DNA of 64,000 nucleotides from an uncultured virus (IMG/VR IMGVR_UViG_3300051212_001283) (taxonomy: Duplodnaviria; Heunggongvirae; Uroviricota; Caudoviricetes): IMG/VR virus record IMGVR_UViG_3300051212_001283; one strand, written 5' to 3'. A model generated the notes under the pieces. That model saw only the letters and a program-made list of their open reading frames with translations, was not told the DNA's origin and ran no database searches. Positions 21,801 to 30,816 of this stretch are shown here, piece by piece. Position 1 is the first letter of the stretch, and every line of letters begins with the position of its first letter. The translations under genes were made by a program, and so were the position numbers.

Positions 21801-24800
21801 AAACAATAGTATTAGAGCATCTGATACTTTAGATTTTAGACCAAAAGTACCTGTATTTACCACAAATACTTCTTCACCCTTCGATTTTCCAAATAGGAAT
21901 TTTAGTTCATCAATTAAACTTAATTTAAGTCCAGACGAAAGTAGCATTATTGGTTATGATTACTATTTGGGAAGAGTTGATAAAATATATTTGAGTAAAA
22001 ATGGAAATTTTGTTTATGTAGAAGGTTTATCTTCTCAAAATCCAACAGCTCCTTTAAAAATAGATGATTTAATGGAGTTAGCAACGGTTACTTTACCTCC
22101 ATATTTGTATAATGTAAAAAATGCATCGTTATCTCTTGTAGATAATAGAAGATATACTATGAGAGATATTGGACTAATTGAAAATAGGGTCAAAAATCTT
22201 GAAAGAGTGACTTCATTGTCACTTCTAGAATTAAGTACACAAACTTTACAAGTACAAGATTCTCAAGGTTTCAATAGATTTAAAACTGGATTTTTTGTTG
22301 ATGATTTCAAAGACACACAAAGAATAAACAGTCTTTTTTCTTCCATTGAAGTTGATCAAGAGTCTCAAGAAATGAGACCGATTATTTCAAGAAATAGTTT
22401 AAAAAATTACCTTGCACCTGCACAGAACATAACTGATGAAAATGTAGATCTATCTACAAATTATGAGTTACTAGACTCCAATGTAAAGAAAACTGGATCA
22501 ACAGTTACTCTTAAATATGAATCTGAAAAGTGGTTATCTCAACCTCTAGTAACAGAAATTAATGGAAGTCCTCAGGTAGAAAATGTAAACCCATATCATG
22601 TAGTAACATATATTGGATCAATAAAATTATCCCCCGAAAGAGACAACTGGGTTAGAACAGTACAACTACCCGATAAAGTAATTTCTGTTACAGATTATGT
22701 ATTAGTTGAAAGAAATGCAATAGAAACTGAAAATAGAAATATAACAATTAATAATAGAAGAAGAGTTGCTGATGTTGATAGGAGAGGGCAAACTACAGTA
22801 ACCGGAGATCAAACTACTCAGAATCTTTCTAGTAGACAAGATGTTTCTGATGTTTCAAACACGACTAGATCTACTTCATCTGTTAATAACTTATTAGAAA
22901 GTAGACGAGAAGAATACATGAGATCTAGAAACACTGAGTTTTCTATATCAAACTTAAAACCTTACACAAGATATTATCAATTTTTAGATGGTAATGGTTC
23001 AATAGACTTTGTTCCAAAACTTATTGAAATTGCAAAAAGTAGTTCTTTACAAAATGATGGAGCATCTTCTGCATTTGCAATTGGTGAAACTGTCTTTGGA
23101 TATGATAGTCAAAATAAAAAAATTATTTCCTTTAGGGTCGCACAACCAAATCATAAATTTGGACAATATAATTCTCCAACAACAACATTTAATGTAAATC
23201 CATATATTAAAACAGAATCTCTACCAAATGCTTATAGTGCATCATCAAAAATATTAAACGTAGACACCTTCTCACTTTCTGAGGAGTCTCAAGGTCTTTA
23301 TTCAGGATATTTAGTTAAAGGTGCAAAACTTGTCGGACAAACAAGTGGTTCTATTGCATATGTAAAGGATTTAAGACTAATATCTGATAATTTTGGTGAT
23401 ATGATTGGATCATTCTTTATCAGAGATCCAAATACTGTACCAGCACCTGATGTAAGAATTAATACTGGAAATAAAACATATAAAGTTACATCTAGTTCAA
23501 CAAATGAAATTCCTGCTTCAGGAAGTGCGAGTATATCATCTGCAGAAACTAATTATGTATCAGAAGGAACTTTAGAAATATATGAAAGAACTATTACTAA
23601 TACTGCAACAGTAACTACTACAAGAACGACTACTACAACTATAACTCTTACTACAACTAGGACTATAACCACAACAGAATATTATGATCCTTTAGCTCAG
23701 TCATTCAGTGTTGGGGGAAGTCAAACAGAAAACGATGACGAAAATGGTGCTTATGTAACAGCGGTTGACCTATTCTTCTATAAAAAAGATACTGCTAATA
23801 ACCCGTTAACGGTTCAAATTAGAACTGTAGAACTTGGAACTCCAACAAGAACAGTAATTGGAAATTCAGTTACACTTAGACCTGATCAAATTAATATTTC
23901 TAATGATGCATCAGCAGCAACAAGAGTAACATTTGACTATCCCATTTATCTTGCACCTAATTTGGAGTATGCTATCGTTCTTCTTGCACCAGAAAGTGTA
24001 CAATATGAGGTATTTGTTGCAGAGCAGGATAAAAAGTTATTTAGAACTGCCAACTTGCCACAGGGAGATTCGGGAAAGTATGCACAACAATTTGCTATAG
24101 GAAGTCTATTTAAATCTCAAAATGGATCTATATGGACTGCTGAGCAAACAAAAGATATGAAGTTTATTTTATATCGTGCAAACTTCATAACTAACACACC
24201 AGCAACTGCATATTTCTATAACCCAACACTTAATGAAAGTAATGGATATATTAAAAATTTACAAAATAATCCATTAACTGCACTTCCCAGAAAACTGAGT
24301 ATAGGTATTACAACAACTACAAACTCAAGTACTGTTGGCATTTTAACAACAGGAAGAAAAATAAGTGAAAGTGTAAAAACTTATAATTATGGATATATTG
24401 TCGGAACAGGTTGTTCAGTATCTTCCATTGGTATAACCACAGGTGGATTTAATTATGTAACAGATACTAGTGTATCTACATTTAATGTAATTGGTAATGG
24501 ATCTGGTCTTACCTTAAACATTACTGCTTCTGCTGGACAAATAACAAATGTAACAATTGTAAATCCAGGAAGAGGGTATGCAGTTGGAGATGTTGTTGGT
24601 ATCGTAACTTCTTCCGTTTCTAGTAATAGTGGAAGAGATGCAAGAATAACAATTACAGGAAATAATGGTGGTATTGATACTTTATATCTTAATAATGTTC
24701 AAGGAAATTCATTTACTACAGATGGAACTGCAAACTTAATTTATTATAATAATTCCAATAACCCTGTTACTATGGGTTCAACTTATATTACAAGTTCTAC

Positions 24801-26166
24801 TCCTATTGGGGAACCAAATAATGGTAATTTTGTTAAAGTAAATCATTTCAATCATGGAATGTATTCACCAAATAATAAAGTTTCTATATCTGGTGTTTTA
24901 CCAAGTGTTTCCCCAACCACATTATCTCAATCCATAACAGCATCTTCTACTTCAATTTCAGTTGCGAGTACTGCAAACTTCGTCATTTTTGAAGGAAAAC
25001 AAGTTAGTGGAACAAATCCTGGATATGCAATTTTAGAAAATGAAATTATTAAATATGAATCTGTTGGAGAAGGATCTTTAGAAACAATAACAAGAGGTCA
25101 TTTATCAACACTTGCAATTCCCCATGATAGTAATGCACAAATTTACAAATATGAATTTAACGGAGTTTCTCTAAGTAGAATTAATACTACTCACGACATT
25201 AGTGATTTTGGATTAGATACTGATAGTTACTATATTGAAATTGATAGATCTTCTAATGGAGTAAATAGAAATTCTGATAATACACCTGCAGGATATCCAC
25301 AACTTTCATTTACTAATGAGTTAAATTATGGAGGAGATAGTGTATTTGCTTCTGAAAATATTCAATATGATTCTATTATACCATTTTATAGAATTATATC
25401 CCCAACCGATTTAACTTCAGTTTCTGCAAAAATAAGAACTGTAAGCGGTACAAGTGTTTCTGGAGATGAAGTGTCATTTGATGATTTAGGATATGAAAAT
25501 ATTCAATTAAACTCTCTTAATCAGTTATCATCCACCAGAATTGTTTGCTCTAAAGTAAATGAAAATACATATCTAACTGCTTTACCAAGATCTAAATCAT
25601 TTACTACAGCAATTACTTTACAAACAACAGATAAGTATCTCTCTCCTCAAATCTTTTTAGATGGTTCTTTTACAGATTTTCATAGTAATAGAATTAATTC
25701 TCCAATATCCAATTATTCAACAGATAATAGGGTTAATTCACTTATTGATGATCCACATACATCTGTTTATGTTTCTAATGAAGTTAGACTTTCTCAACCT
25801 GCAACATCACTCAAAGTTATTGTATCTGCATATAGACATTCATCTGCAGACTTCAGAGTTCTCTATAGTTTGATTAGACCAGACTCTAGCGAAGTTTCTC
25901 AAGCATTTGAGTTATTCCCAGGTTATAATAATCTATCTGTTGATAATAATAATGATGGATATTTAGATGTTGTAGATCCAGCAAATAATGATGGATTACC
26001 TGATGTATTTGTTCCTTCGAGTAGAGAAAATGAATTTTTAGAATATGAATTTTCTGCCAATAATCTTGGGGAGTTTAGTGGATATACAATCAAGATTGTA
26101 ATGTCATCTACAAATCAAGCATATCCACCAAGATTTAAAGATCTAAGAAGTATTGCAATCAGATGA
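18811..26166 (+). CDS. VrlC-like large virion structural protein (DUF4815 family)
   Basis: TNLNVSPYFDDFD..KNFYKVLF.PG.PVQAREL, APGADR, RTFDESGNY, NRRYTMRDIG, RFKTGFFVDDF, DPLAQSF. Confidence 0.85.
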   Translation: MAQKTNLNVSPYFDDFDAGKNFYKVLFNPGRPVQARELNNIQSILQNQIESFGSHLFKEGSVVIPGNITYDPNFFAVKLNSTSFGVNVSSYIQQYVGKLIEGQISGITAFVQKVEIPSSTNNLDYITLYVKYIDSDNDFKINPFQDGETLVCNESIVYGNTTIFAGTPFGSLISTEATFTGSAASIDNGIYFVRGTFAKVSQQTIILDYYTNTPSYRIGLNVSEEIVSAKEDPSLYDNAKGFTNYAAPGADRFKISLSLTKKTIDSVDTDTDFVELLRVENGEIKKINTKTQYSLIKDYLAQRTFDESGNYSVEPFKISLHNSLNTRLGNNGLFFDNQKTESGNTPSDDLMCVKLSPGKAYVKGYDIEKITTTILDVNKPRETQKVENVSVPFEMGNLLRVNNVFGSPKQNETIELHSERRSSSGNPSSSTKIGDARVYNFRLTDAAYSGESTNWDLYLYDIQTYTTLTLNQPLSATELPSSSYIKGKSSGASGYASAAGDDTTTIKLRQTSGSFIRGEQILINGLELYPRSITQITAYDSSDIKQIYQPTSVSGFTTSFIGDSVLDKQLPIGFNASDTIQISAGGVVTSPGKVFNAIKPGSILRYQAPGKSSETFNIVSSVSSTGTSMTVVGVTTVNGVCDGAVGIETNLSFSLGIPKIRNSSKGYLYAELPNSNISQVDLNNSILTFSAQSTSAKSSNSPIVLSVSDFSLPSGLSTALFASFDEERYSVHYTDGTTQSLNSDQFSLSNNQVTLSNLTSGKTTSSINATFIKNGVQTRKKQYNRSNTLNVIYSKYPESGTGLSTSINDGLEYNQYYGLRVQDEEISLNYPDVSRVLSIYESLDTSDPTLDSLSFSSILNIGINVIIGENIIGSESGCVARVVSKSTNSVGIVYLNSNRFAVNEVVTFKESNITGEIDVITPGNYNDITNKFILDKGQKDQYYDYSKLIRNKGETEPSKKLLIVFDYYSVPSTDNGDVYTVASYNKEQFNSDVPLIGNNSIRASDTLDFRPKVPVFTTNTSSPFDFPNRNFSSSIKLNLSPDESSIIGYDYYLGRVDKIYLSKNGNFVYVEGLSSQNPTAPLKIDDLMELATVTLPPYLYNVKNASLSLVDNRRYTMRDIGLIENRVKNLERVTSLSLLELSTQTLQVQDSQGFNRFKTGFFVDDFKDTQRINSLFSSIEVDQESQEMRPIISRNSLKNYLAPAQNITDENVDLSTNYELLDSNVKKTGSTVTLKYESEKWLSQPLVTEINGSPQVENVNPYHVVTYIGSIKLSPERDNWVRTVQLPDKVISVTDYVLVERNAIETENRNITINNRRRVADVDRRGQTTVTGDQTTQNLSSRQDVSDVSNTTRSTSSVNNLLESRREEYMRSRNTEFSISNLKPYTRYYQFLDGNGSIDFVPKLIEIAKSSSLQNDGASSAFAIGETVFGYDSQNKKIISFRVAQPNHKFGQYNSPTTTFNVNPYIKTESLPNAYSASSKILNVDTFSLSEESQGLYSGYLVKGAKLVGQTSGSIAYVKDLRLISDNFGDMIGSFFIRDPNTVPAPDVRINTGNKTYKVTSSSTNEIPASGSASISSAETNYVSEGTLEIYERTITNTATVTTTRTTTTTITLTTTRTITTTEYYDPLAQSFSVGGSQTENDDENGAYVTAVDLFFYKKDTANNPLTVQIRTVELGTPTRTVIGNSVTLRPDQINISNDASAATRVTFDYPIYLAPNLEYAIVLLAPESVQYEVFVAEQDKKLFRTANLPQGDSGKYAQQFAIGSLFKSQNGSIWTAEQTKDMKFILYRANFITNTPATAYFYNPTLNESNGYIKNLQNNPLTALPRKLSIGITTTTNSSTVGILTTGRKISESVKTYNYGYIVGTGCSVSSIGITTGGFNYVTDTSVSTFNVIGNGSGLTLNITASAGQITNVTIVNPGRGYAVGDVVGIVTSSVSSNSGRDARITITGNNGGIDTLYLNNVQGNSFTTDGTANLIYYNNSNNPVTMGSTYITSSTPIGEPNNGNFVKVNHFNHGMYSPNNKVSISGVLPSVSPTTLSQSITASSTSISVASTANFVIFEGKQVSGTNPGYAILENEIIKYESVGEGSLETITRGHLSTLAIPHDSNAQIYKYEFNGVSLSRINTTHDISDFGLDTDSYYIEIDRSSNGVNRNSDNTPAGYPQLSFTNELNYGGDSVFASENIQYDSIIPFYRIISPTDLTSVSAKIRTVSGTSVSGDEVSFDDLGYENIQLNSLNQLSSTRIVCSKVNENTYLTALPRSKSFTTAITLQTTDKYLSPQIFLDGSFTDFHSNRINSPISNYSTDNRVNSLIDDPHTSVYVSNEVRLSQPATSLKVIVSAYRHSSADFRVLYSLIRPDSSEVSQAFELFPGYNNLSVDNNNDGYLDVVDPANNDGLPDVFVPSSRENEFLEYEFSANNLGEFSGYTIKIVMSSTNQAYPPRFKDLRSIAIR

Positions 26167-26366
26167 TGATACCAGTAAAAGGACACCCAAATTTATATAG
26201 AGATGAGGAATCAGGTGCAATTGTCAATTGTGATAACATATCATATAATCAGTATGTTAATAGTTTAAATAATAGAAATTCTCAAAAAAGAGAATTAGAT
26301 GAGATGAAAAAAGATATTGAAGAGATTAAACTGCTTTTAAAGGAGATTATCAATGAATCCAAATGA
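26163..26366 (+). CDS. small hypothetical protein with C-terminal coiled coil
   Basis: 67 aa; VKGHPNLYRDEESGAIVN; overlaps the preceding stop. Confidence 0.75.
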   Translation: MMIPVKGHPNLYRDEESGAIVNCDNISYNQYVNSLNNRNSQKRELDEMKKDIEEIKLLLKEIINESK

Positions 26367-26520
26367 GATAAAATTAGAATCAATAGATAAATTGTTTGAA
26401 TATGAGAAACATGTTAGATGTATTGATAGTCTAGATTTTGATGAACTTAAAAAATTTTCAAAATTATACTGCAAATTATATTTAAAACAGCAAGAGGTTA
26501 TATCTAGTTTAGGACTATAA
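26353..26520 (+). CDS. 55-aa helical protein, candidate NblA-like (absent from ORF track)
   Basis: Hand translation MNPNEIKLESIDKLFEYEKHVRCIDSLDFDELKKFSKLYCKLYLKQQEVISSLGL*; AAGGAG about 8 nt upstream. Confidence 0.6.
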   Translation: MNPNEIKLESIDKLFEYEKHVRCIDSLDFDELKKFSKLYCKLYLKQQEVISSLGL

Positions 26521-26528
26521 TATAAATA
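26521..26528 (+). promoter_or_regulatory. T4-type late promoter
   Basis: Exact TATAAATA. Confidence 0.85.
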
Positions 26529-26551
26529 AAGTGTAGAAGTAGACTAATTAG

Positions 26552-26893
26552 ATGGCATCAGTATATGTAAATAATTTAGTCATTAATTCTGGAGCAGACT
26601 TTGGACAATCTTTTACACTTGAAGATCCAACTACAAATTCTGCTTTTAATTTGACAAGTTATTCTGTTTCTTCTCAAATGAGAAAGTGGGCAGGTAGTTC
26701 TACAGCAGTAACTTTTACTTCCACTGTAGTAGATGCCCCTGATGGAAAAATAAGCATTTCTCTCACAAATGAACAAACTACTTCTTTGAAACCAGGAAGA
26801 TATGTTTATGATATTGTAATTACCGATACATCTGGACAAAAAAATAAAGTTATTGAAGGAATGGTATTGGTAAGAGAGGGAGTGACTAGATAA
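26552..26893 (+). CDS. small beta-rich virion structural protein
   Basis: NLVINSGADF..SFTL, GKISISLT..QT..LKPGRYVYDIVI; late promoter; structural cluster. Confidence 0.65.
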   Translation: MASVYVNNLVINSGADFGQSFTLEDPTTNSAFNLTSYSVSSQMRKWAGSSTAVTFTSTVVDAPDGKISISLTNEQTTSLKPGRYVYDIVITDTSGQKNKVIEGMVLVREGVTR

Positions 26894-27342
26894 TGTCAGA
26901 CATAAAAGTTAGAGTTGGACAACAAAACGCTGTAAAAGTAGTTTCTAGTATTTCTGGGTCTTCAATTGCAGCAATTTCTGAAAATGTTATTGGTGGAATA
27001 GCATCAGTATCTCAACTTAATGTAAGTGGCATTTCAACTTTTGTAGGAGTATCTACTTTTAAAAATAATGTTTACATTGATGGCGATTTATATGTTGGTG
27101 ATGATATTAATTTTGACGAATTTACTGCCAGAAATGGAAATATTACAGGAATTCTGACAGTTTCTCAGGAATTTTATTACACACCAGGGGAATCTTTTGG
27201 AGTTGCATATTTTAATCAAAATGATAAATTAGTTTCTACTGGATCCACTTCTTCAGCAATAACTGATACAAATTATATGTTAACAACTAATAGTTCAGGT
27301 ATTCCAACTTGGTCTAGTATAATAGATGGAGGATCTTACTAA
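26893..27342 (+). CDS. putative structural/fibre-like protein
   Basis: IGGIASVSQLNVSGISTF repeats and C-terminal IDGGSY. Confidence 0.55.
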   Translation: MSDIKVRVGQQNAVKVVSSISGSSIAAISENVIGGIASVSQLNVSGISTFVGVSTFKNNVYIDGDLYVGDDINFDEFTARNGNITGILTVSQEFYYTPGESFGVAYFNQNDKLVSTGSTSSAITDTNYMLTTNSSGIPTWSSIIDGGSY

Positions 27343-28184
27343 TGTCAAAACCATCATCAAGACAGCAATTAATAGATTATTGTTTAAGAAAACTTGGTGC
27401 TCCAGTTTTAGAAATAAACTTGGATGATGATCAAATAGATGACTTAGTAGATGATGCTTTACAATATTTTCATGAACGCCATTTTGATGGTGTTGAAAGG
27501 ATGTACTTAAAATATAAAATTACTGAAGAGGATATTAAAAGAGGAAGTGCAAAAGGAACTAATGGTGTCGGAATAGTAACTACAACAGGAAGTGCTAATA
27601 TTAGTGGTATTGGATCTACTTCATTTAATTTCTATGAAAGTTCAAATTTTATTCAAGTTCCAGATTCAGTTATTGGAATAGAAAAAGTATTTAAATTTGA
27701 TACCAGTTCAATTTCAGGTGGAATGTTTAGTATTAAGTATCAGTTATTTTTAAATGATCTTTACTATTTTAACTCTGTCGAACTTCTTCAATATGCAATG
27801 GTAAAAACATATCTTGAAGATATTGATTTTTTATTGACAACAGATAAACAGATAAGATTTAATAAAAGACAAAATAGAATGTATCTGGATATTGATTGGG
27901 CAGCACAAAAAACAGACGCATTTATAGTTATTGATTGCTATAGAATCTTAGATCCAAATGATTTTACTAAAGTTTATAATGATAGTTTCTTGAAAAGATA
28001 TTTAACAGCATTAATGAAACGTCAGTGGGGACAAAATTTAATTAAATTTAGAGGAGTAAAACTACCAGGAGGAATTGAATTGAATGGTAGAGAATTATAT
28101 GAAGATGGAGAAAGGGAAATAGAAAATATTATTCAAAGAATGTCTATGGACTACGAACTACCACCTTACGATTTTATTGGATAA
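27342..28184 (+). CDS. gp13: neck protein gp13
   Basis: LIDYCLRKLGAPVLEIN, ERHFDG, KRQWGQNLIKF.GVKLPGG. Confidence 0.95.
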   Translation: MSKPSSRQQLIDYCLRKLGAPVLEINLDDDQIDDLVDDALQYFHERHFDGVERMYLKYKITEEDIKRGSAKGTNGVGIVTTTGSANISGIGSTSFNFYESSNFIQVPDSVIGIEKVFKFDTSSISGGMFSIKYQLFLNDLYYFNSVELLQYAMVKTYLEDIDFLLTTDKQIRFNKRQNRMYLDIDWAAQKTDAFIVIDCYRILDPNDFTKVYNDSFLKRYLTALMKRQWGQNLIKFRGVKLPGGIELNGRELYEDGEREIENIIQRMSMDYELPPYDFIG

Positions 28185-29578
28185 TGGCACTTAATCCATT
28201 TTTTTTACAAGGATCTCCCAATGAACAAAGACTTGTTCAAGAATTAATCAATGAGCAATTGAGAATCTATGGGATTGAAGTAATTTATATTCCTAGAAAA
28301 TTTGTAAGAAAGCAAACAATTTTAAAAGAAATTCAATCATCAAAATTTAATGATAATTTTGCAATAGAAGCATATTTAAATAATTATGATGGATATACTG
28401 GACAAGGTGATATTCTATCAAAATTTGGAGTAAGTTTAAAAGATGAAGTAAGTTTAATAATATCTAGAGAGAGATTTGAAGATTTTATCTCTCCATTTTT
28501 ATTAGAATCAGAACAAGATCTTGAGTTGGAATTATCTAGTCGTCCAAGAGAAGGAGACCTTGTTTATTTTCCACTTGGAGAAAGATTGTTTGAAGTTAAA
28601 TTTGTTGAACATGAAAATCCATTTTATCAACTAGGTAAATTATATGTTTATGAATTGAAATGTGAATTATTTGAATATGAAGACGAAGTTATCGATACAA
28701 GTATTGATGAAATTGATACTCAAATAGAAGATCAAGGTTATATTACAACACTACAGTTGATTGGTACAGGATCTACATCTACCGCCACTGCAGTGATTGA
28801 TACTGGATATATTAGACAAATATTTTTAAATAATGATGGTTATGATTATACATCTACACCATCTGTTTCCATTTCTACAGCACCGATAGGAGGAAAAAAT
28901 GCCTCTGCAGTTGCAATTACAACCGCAAGAGCAGGAGTTTATTCTATTCAATCAATTGTTTTGACAAATGCTGGAGCAGGTTACACTGTCGCACCTACTA
29001 TTTCAATTGTTGGTGGGGGAGGAACAGGTGCAATTGCAACATGTTCAATTGAAACTAATAGTAGTGGAATTAGTTCGTTTATTGTAGTGAACAATGGATC
29101 AGGGTATATAACATCACCAACAGTTAGTATTGCTGGATCTGTAGGAGCAGGTCAAACTTCTACAGCACTTGCTATTGTGGGATTAGGACAATCAATACAA
29201 TCCATAAGAATATTAAACCCAGGTGTAGGATATACTGAAGCACCTACAATTACAATTGCACCACCACCAGTTTTGTCTGGAATTGGAACATACTTATTTA
29301 ATGAAGAAGTTATTGGATCTTTATCAGGTACTAAAGGACGTGTTAAATCTTGGGATAAAGATACTAAAATTCTTAAAGTTTCTTTTGTAGATAATGCTGC
29401 TACAAAAGGATTTTATCCTGGTGAAATTATTGTAGGATCTTCTTCCAGTGCTATATATTCTATTCAATCCTATGACAGATGGGATCAATATGATAAATAT
29501 AGTGAAAATATAGAAATTGAAAATGCGGCTGATGGCATTATCGATTTCACAGAGTCTAATCCTTTTGGGACATTCTAA
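28184..29578 (+). CDS. gp14: neck protein gp14 with internal beta-repeat insertion
   Basis: MALNPFF, RPREGDLVYFP, FYQLGK.YVYELKCELFEY, DFTESNPFG. Confidence 0.93.
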   Translation: MALNPFFLQGSPNEQRLVQELINEQLRIYGIEVIYIPRKFVRKQTILKEIQSSKFNDNFAIEAYLNNYDGYTGQGDILSKFGVSLKDEVSLIISRERFEDFISPFLLESEQDLELELSSRPREGDLVYFPLGERLFEVKFVEHENPFYQLGKLYVYELKCELFEYEDEVIDTSIDEIDTQIEDQGYITTLQLIGTGSTSTATAVIDTGYIRQIFLNNDGYDYTSTPSVSISTAPIGGKNASAVAITTARAGVYSIQSIVLTNAGAGYTVAPTISIVGGGGTGAIATCSIETNSSGISSFIVVNNGSGYITSPTVSIAGSVGAGQTSTALAIVGLGQSIQSIRILNPGVGYTEAPTITIAPPPVLSGIGTYLFNEEVIGSLSGTKGRVKSWDKDTKILKVSFVDNAATKGFYPGEIIVGSSSSAIYSIQSYDRWDQYDKYSENIEIENAADGIIDFTESNPFGTF

Positions 29579-30375
29579 TGTTAGGTACATACTACTATCA
29601 CGAAATCATAAGAAGAACAGTAATAGCCTTTGGCACATTATTTAATGATATTAATGTAAGGCATAAAGATTCTAGTGGTGATAGTATAAGTGAAATAAAA
29701 GTTCCTTTAGCATATGGACCTATTCAAAAGTTTTTAGCAAGAATAGAGCAACAACCAGAATTAAATAAACCTATTGCAATGACTTTGCCTAGGTTATCAT
29801 TTGAAATGACTTCTATTCAATATGATCCAACTAGAAAGGCAAATATAACTCAGACTTTTAGAGCATGTGATGGGTCTAATTTAAAAAAAGTTTTTTTACC
29901 AGTTCCATATAATATTGGTTTTCAATTAAATTTAATGTCTAAACTTCAAGATGATGCTTTACAAGTTGTAGAACAAATATTACCATATTTTCAACCGTCA
30001 TTTAATCTAACAATAGATTTAATTGATTCTATTGGAGAAAAAAGAGATATTCCAATAGTTTTAGATAGTGTTTCATTTACAGATGATTATGAAGGTGATT
30101 TTTCAACAAGAAGAGTTTTAATTTATACTTTTAATTTTACAGCAAAAACATATCTATTTGGTCCGATTGCAGAAACTACGGATGGTCTTATCCGTAAGGT
30201 ACAAGTTGATCTCTATGGTAGCACAGATACGCAAACCGCAAAGAGAGAAATGAGATATACAGTTACTCCAGATCCAATTGATGCAGATCCAGATGATAAT
30301 TTTGGATTTGATGAGGAATGGTTATCTTTCGATGATTCTAAAACTTACAGTCCAACTCAACAAACGGATATTTAA
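29578..30375 (+). CDS. gp15: tail sheath stabilizer/terminator gp15
   Basis: YYHEIIRRTVIAFGTLFN, KVPLAYGP, LPRLSFE, EQILPYFQP. Confidence 0.95.
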   Translation: MLGTYYYHEIIRRTVIAFGTLFNDINVRHKDSSGDSISEIKVPLAYGPIQKFLARIEQQPELNKPIAMTLPRLSFEMTSIQYDPTRKANITQTFRACDGSNLKKVFLPVPYNIGFQLNLMSKLQDDALQVVEQILPYFQPSFNLTIDLIDSIGEKRDIPIVLDSVSFTDDYEGDFSTRRVLIYTFNFTAKTYLFGPIAETTDGLIRKVQVDLYGSTDTQTAKREMRYTVTPDPIDADPDDNFGFDEEWLSFDDSKTYSPTQQTDI

Positions 30376-30381
30376 TACATT

Positions 30382-30804
30382 ATGAAAAATAAATTTGAAA
30401 ATTTGGATAGTGCTTTGAATATTGAAAGCAATTTAGTTGAAGTGGAAAAAGTAGAATCATCTTTAGATATTGTTCCAACAAAATCTGATGATATTCAAAA
30501 AGATTATGAATATACTCGTGCAAATTTATATTCATTAATTGAAAAAGGACAGGAAGCGATTAATGGAATTATGGAACTTGCTGGTGAAGGTGGTTCTCCA
30601 AGAGCATATGAAGTTGCCGGACAATTAATAAAATCAGTTGGAGATGTAACTGATAAATTAATTGATTTGCAGAAAAAACTCAAAGATGTTGAAGAAGAAT
30701 CTACAAAAACAACTAACAATGTAACTAATAATGCAGTCTTTGTTGGATCGACATCAGAACTCTCAAAACTACTCAAACAAGGTTTTCTAAATAATAAAGA
30801 GTAA
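30382..30804 (+). CDS. gp16: terminase small subunit gp16
   Basis: DYEYTRANLY..IEKG, SPRAYEVAGQLIK, VFVGSTSEL. Confidence 0.93.
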   Translation: MKNKFENLDSALNIESNLVEVEKVESSLDIVPTKSDDIQKDYEYTRANLYSLIEKGQEAINGIMELAGEGGSPRAYEVAGQLIKSVGDVTDKLIDLQKKLKDVEEESTKTTNNVTNNAVFVGSTSELSKLLKQGFLNNKE

Positions 30805-30816
30805 TTCTTATTTCTA

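Noticed and set aside
23590..23680. Thr-rich ACN repeat tract in the VrlC-like gene
   Set aside because: Low-complexity coding sequence with no separate DNA-level periodic element
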